Origin: an uncultured Acidobacteriota bacterium
GTDB taxonomy: Bacteria; Acidobacteriota; Thermoanaerobaculia; UBA5066; DATFVB01
DNA: 64,000 nucleotides
Assembly: GCA_963813155.1 (NCBI GenBank)
Contig: CAWEYG010000003.1
Location: forward strand, 960,001-1,024,000
Direction of reading: 5' to 3'
In this document: piece by piece, positions 61,116-64,000 of the stretch
Position numbering within the stretch: position 1 is the first letter of the stretch
Layout: every line of letters starts with the position of its first letter
Program-made: the position numbers and the translations under genes
The notes under the pieces: model-generated
What the model saw: the letters and a program-made list of their open reading frames with translations, nothing else
Told to the model about the DNA's origin: nothing
The model's database searches: none

Positions 61116-62732
61116 CTAAATCGAAACGCTCTCGACGCGTTGCCGAGAGCCGTATTCCAGCATGAAGATCGTCTTGGAAACGTAGACCGCCGTGAACATC
61201 GACGCCGCGAGGCCGACGATCAGCGTCACGGCGAAACCCTTCACCGGGCCCGTGCCGAACTGGAAGAGAAAGAGGGCCGAGACGACGGTCGTAACGTGCG
61301 TGTCGACGATCGTGAGGAACGCCTTCGAGAAGCCGTTCTCGATCGCCGTCTTCGGCGTCTTCCCCTCGCGGAGCTCCTCGCGAATCCGCTCGAAGATCAG
61401 GACGTTCGAGTCGACCGCCATGCCGATCGTCAGGATGAAGCCCGCGATCCCGGGCAGCGTGAGCGTGGCCCCGAACTGGGCGAGCACCCCGAGCAGGATG
61501 ATCGCGTTCAGGATGAGGGCGAGCACGGCGTTGAAGCCCGAACGGCGGTAATAGATCACCATCGCCAGAAACACGAGCAGGGCGCCGAGGACCGCGGCGG
61601 TGATGCCCTTGCGAATCGAATCGAGCCCCAGCGACGGGCCGACCGTCCGCTCTTCGAGGTAGACGAGGCCCGCCGGAAGCGCGCCCGAACGGAGGATGAG
61701 CGCGAGATCGTTCGCGTGCTCGGGCGTGAAGTTCCCGGTGATGATGCCCGAATCGCTGATCCGCCCGTGGATGTTCGGAGCGGACTGCACGCGATTGTCG
61801 AGCACGATCGCGAGCCCCTTGCCGATGTTCGCGCCCGTGAATTTCCCGAACTTGTCCGCGCTGTCGGCCTTGAGTGTGAACGAGACCGACGGGCGGTTCT
61901 GCTCGTCCTGCGACGGCCTCGCGTTCTTGATGTCGCGTCCCGTGACGGCCGCCGCTTTCTGGAGAAGGTAGTAGATCTTCGACGACGTCGGGTCCTGCTC
62001 GGTCGCGTTGCCCTCGACGATTTCGGCGTCGGGCGGCATTTGTCCGCCGGTCGCCGCCAGCAGCGCCGTCCGGTCGGAATTGGGGCCGGCGAGGACGAGC
62101 TTCAGCTCGAGAAACGCCGTCGACTTGATGATGTCCTTCACGCGCTTGGGGTCGTCGACTCCCGGGAGCTGGACGACGATCCTTTCGTTTCCTTCGCGGG
62201 CGATGACCGGCTCGGAAACTCCGAACTGGTCGATGCGGTTGCGAATCGTCTCGACCGCCTGCTGGACCGCCTCGTCGGAGAGGGTTTTCCGCGCGGGCGC
62301 GCCGAGCGAGAACGTCCAGGTCGTCCCGAGGCGTCGGTACTCCCACGTGGGGAGATAGCGCTTCGCGGCCTCCTGGAGCTTGTCCAGATCCGTGTCGGCC
62401 GCGACCGTCACGTTGAACGACGACGGCCCGGCCGCCGTGATTGCTCCGAGTTTCAGCTGTTGAGCGGAATTCTGCTCCCCGAGACGCGCGATCGCCTCGT
62501 CGGTCTCGATCTTCAGCGCATCGGACGTCTGCACCTGCAGGACGAGGTGGATGCCTCCCCGAAGGTCGAGCCCGAGCTTGATTCCGTTCCGGAGATAGTC
62601 CTTCAACCCGGGCGTCGTCTCGCCCGTGACGTCGTTTTTCACGCGCGCCATCCCGCTCGCGACGTACGCGCCGACCGAGGCGACGAGCACGGCGAGAATG
62701 AGAGCGACGCGACCCCAGACTTTTTGAGCCAC
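61116..62732 (-). CDS. secD: Protein translocase subunit SecD
   Basis: LGLDLRGG, RNRIDQFGVSEP and GMAVDSNVLIFERIREE. Confidence 0.96.
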   Translation of the reverse strand: MAQKVWGRVALILAVLVASVGAYVASGMARVKNDVTGETTPGLKDYLRNGIKLGLDLRGGIHLVLQVQTSDALKIETDEAIARLGEQNSAQQLKLGAITAAGPSSFNVTVAADTDLDKLQEAAKRYLPTWEYRRLGTTWTFSLGAPARKTLSDEAVQQAVETIRNRIDQFGVSEPVIAREGNERIVVQLPGVDDPKRVKDIIKSTAFLELKLVLAGPNSDRTALLAATGGQMPPDAEIVEGNATEQDPTSSKIYYLLQKAAAVTGRDIKNARPSQDEQNRPSVSFTLKADSADKFGKFTGANIGKGLAIVLDNRVQSAPNIHGRISDSGIITGNFTPEHANDLALILRSGALPAGLVYLEERTVGPSLGLDSIRKGITAAVLGALLVFLAMVIYYRRSGFNAVLALILNAIILLGVLAQFGATLTLPGIAGFILTIGMAVDSNVLIFERIREELREGKTPKTAIENGFSKAFLTIVDTHVTTVVSALFLFQFGTGPVKGFAVTLIVGLAASMFTAVYVSKTIFMLEYGSRQRVESVSI

Positions 62733-62770
62733 GATTCAAAACCTCCCGGCAATTACCGCGAAACCGACGG

Positions 62771-62799
62771 AGTGTATCGGGGCGTGGGGCGCGAGTCAA
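62771..62799 (-). promoter_or_regulatory. Sigma70 promoter upstream of secD
   Basis: TTGACT-N17-TACACT. Confidence 0.6.
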
Positions 62800-62814
62800 C
62801 CAAAACTCCGGATC

Positions 62815-62950
62815 AGCTTCGCTCGTTCCGCTCGGGCTTGGCACCAGCGCCCGCTCGGCAAGTCTTCTCGACCCTCGGCCGCAGTTCGCTTTCCCTCGGG
62901 ATCTCGAAGACCAGCCTGCGCCGGCGCATCGGCCCCAGCCTTCGCGGAAC
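62815..62950. repeat. Dispersed repeat, inverted partial copy of the 56078..56460 element
   Basis: Reverse complement gagatcccgagggaaagcgaactgcggccgagggtcg aligns with about 56363..56401. Confidence 0.78.
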
Positions 62951-62970
62951 TTCGCTCAGGGGCGGGGTGG

Positions 62971-63321
62971 TTACTTGGGTTCGACGGAGGTGTCGACGGG
63001 CTCGCTGCCGCCCTGCATGCCGGCGATCGCGCTGCGCGCGACCTTGATCTTCACCTGGTCCGAAATCTGGAGGATGACGGAGTTCGTCGATTCGTCGGTC
63101 GCCGCGATGCGGCCGTAGATGCCGCCGTTCGTGATGACCTGATCCCCCTTCTTCAGCTGCGCGAGCATCGCCTGCGTCTTCTTCTGGCGCTTGCGCATCG
63201 GGGCGATCAGGATGAAGTAGAAGATCGCAAAGATGAGGATCATCGGGAGGAACGCCATGAACGAATTCTGGGGCGTTCCCGGAGCCGGCGCCGCGGCGAG
63301 GAGCGTCGAAAAGTTGAACAT
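62971..63321 (-). CDS. yajC: Preprotein translocase subunit YajC
   Basis: FYFILIAPMRKRQK and LKKGDQVITNGGIYG. Confidence 0.95.
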   Translation of the reverse strand: MFNFSTLLAAAPAPGTPQNSFMAFLPMILIFAIFYFILIAPMRKRQKKTQAMLAQLKKGDQVITNGGIYGRIAATDESTNSVILQISDQVKIKVARSAIAGMQGGSEPVDTSVEPK

Positions 63322-63414
63322 CCGCGCGATCATCTCGAATTGCCCGGCGCGTGTCAATCGAGCCGCCGACGGTTCCGCTTTGCGTTTTTCGGCGCGGGAG
63401 AGCAGACTTCCGGC

Positions 63415-63936
63415 ATGGACGACATCTACTCGGCGATCTGCCGCGAGGCTCTCGAGTCCCGCCAGCGCGACGTGTCGTCGTTCGCCGAGACGGGATTGCG
63501 CACGATCTCGGAGCGCCTCGAGCACCGGCTCCTGAAGCTCGCGGAAGGCCACTACATGCTCGGCCTCGGCCCCTACAACGCGGGGCTCGTGAAGATGGAC
63601 TTCGACGAGCTGCTGCTCGGGCGCGAAGTCCCCGAGTTCATCGGGATCGGAATGCCGGTCGGCGGCTTTCGCGTCTCCTCGCCGGAAGCGTTCCTGAACG
63701 TCGAGGTCTCGCGCATTCACGCGAAGATCTCGCGCCGCGGATCGCAGTCGGAACCGGTCTTCAAGCTCGTCGATCTGCGCTCGACCTGCGGAACGTACCT
63801 CAACGGCGAGGAGCTTCCGAAGCCGGACATCGAAGGCGCTTCCGAGGACGACTGCTCGCGCGAGCTGAAATCGGGCGACTTCTTCTCGCTCGGGCCGTCC
63901 GCCGTGAACCTGTTCCTCTTTTTCCAGAAGGGGTAG
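63415..63936 (+). CDS. FHA-domain protein
   Basis: VSRIHAKI, DLRSTCGTYLNG and LKSGDFFSLG. Confidence 0.78.
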   Translation: MDDIYSAICREALESRQRDVSSFAETGLRTISERLEHRLLKLAEGHYMLGLGPYNAGLVKMDFDELLLGREVPEFIGIGMPVGGFRVSSPEAFLNVEVSRIHAKISRRGSQSEPVFKLVDLRSTCGTYLNGEELPKPDIEGASEDDCSRELKSGDFFSLGPSAVNLFLFFQKG

Positions 63937-63942
63937 CCGCCC

Positions 63943-64000
63943 ATGTGGCATCTCGGAACTCCGATCCTCGAGATCGTCGCCCGGTGCGCGCTGGTCTACA
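63943..64000 (+). CDS. Partial CDS, possibly DUF421/YetF membrane protein
   Basis: MWHLGTPILEIVARCALVY; truncated by the window edge. Confidence 0.45.
   Translation, partial: MWHLGTPILEIVARCALVY

Overview
High-GC (roughly two-thirds G+C by eye) bacterial chromosomal segment. Gene content and order suggest Acidobacteriota, possibly Thermoanaerobaculia-like; this is inference only. The window is mostly core genome: pxpBCA, moeB, dsbD, rnc, tatD, metG, radC, ispA, an rsbVW-like pair, lexA, rluA, accBC, pilMNOPQ, rpmB, relA/spoT, yajC-secD-secF and six tRNAs (Phe, Val, Asp, Leu, Cys, Pro). Many genes, including essential metG, carry single-base frameshifts, which points to long-read consensus errors, so several long ORFs in the supplied track are chimeras. 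Most notable: (1) a decaheme MtrC/OmcA gene followed by an MtrA/DmsE-type multiheme gene at the left edge, a candidate extracellular electron transfer conduit; (2) a lexA promoter overlapped by a 9-bp direct repeat that matches no LexA box I know; (3) an in-frame ThiE-AroK fusion; (4) a pilMNOPQ locus extended by a lipoprotein and a very large IPT/TIG lipoprotein, followed by a TPR and roadblock/LC7 pair; (5) a two-gene nucleotidyltransferase cassette bracketed by a duplicated stop codon plus terminator; (6) a sigma54-promoter DUF6600-like gene with His/Gln repeats between two tRNAs; (7) several apparently leaderless genes; (8) three dispersed palindromic repeat families. No CRISPR array, rRNA, transposase or integrase was seen.
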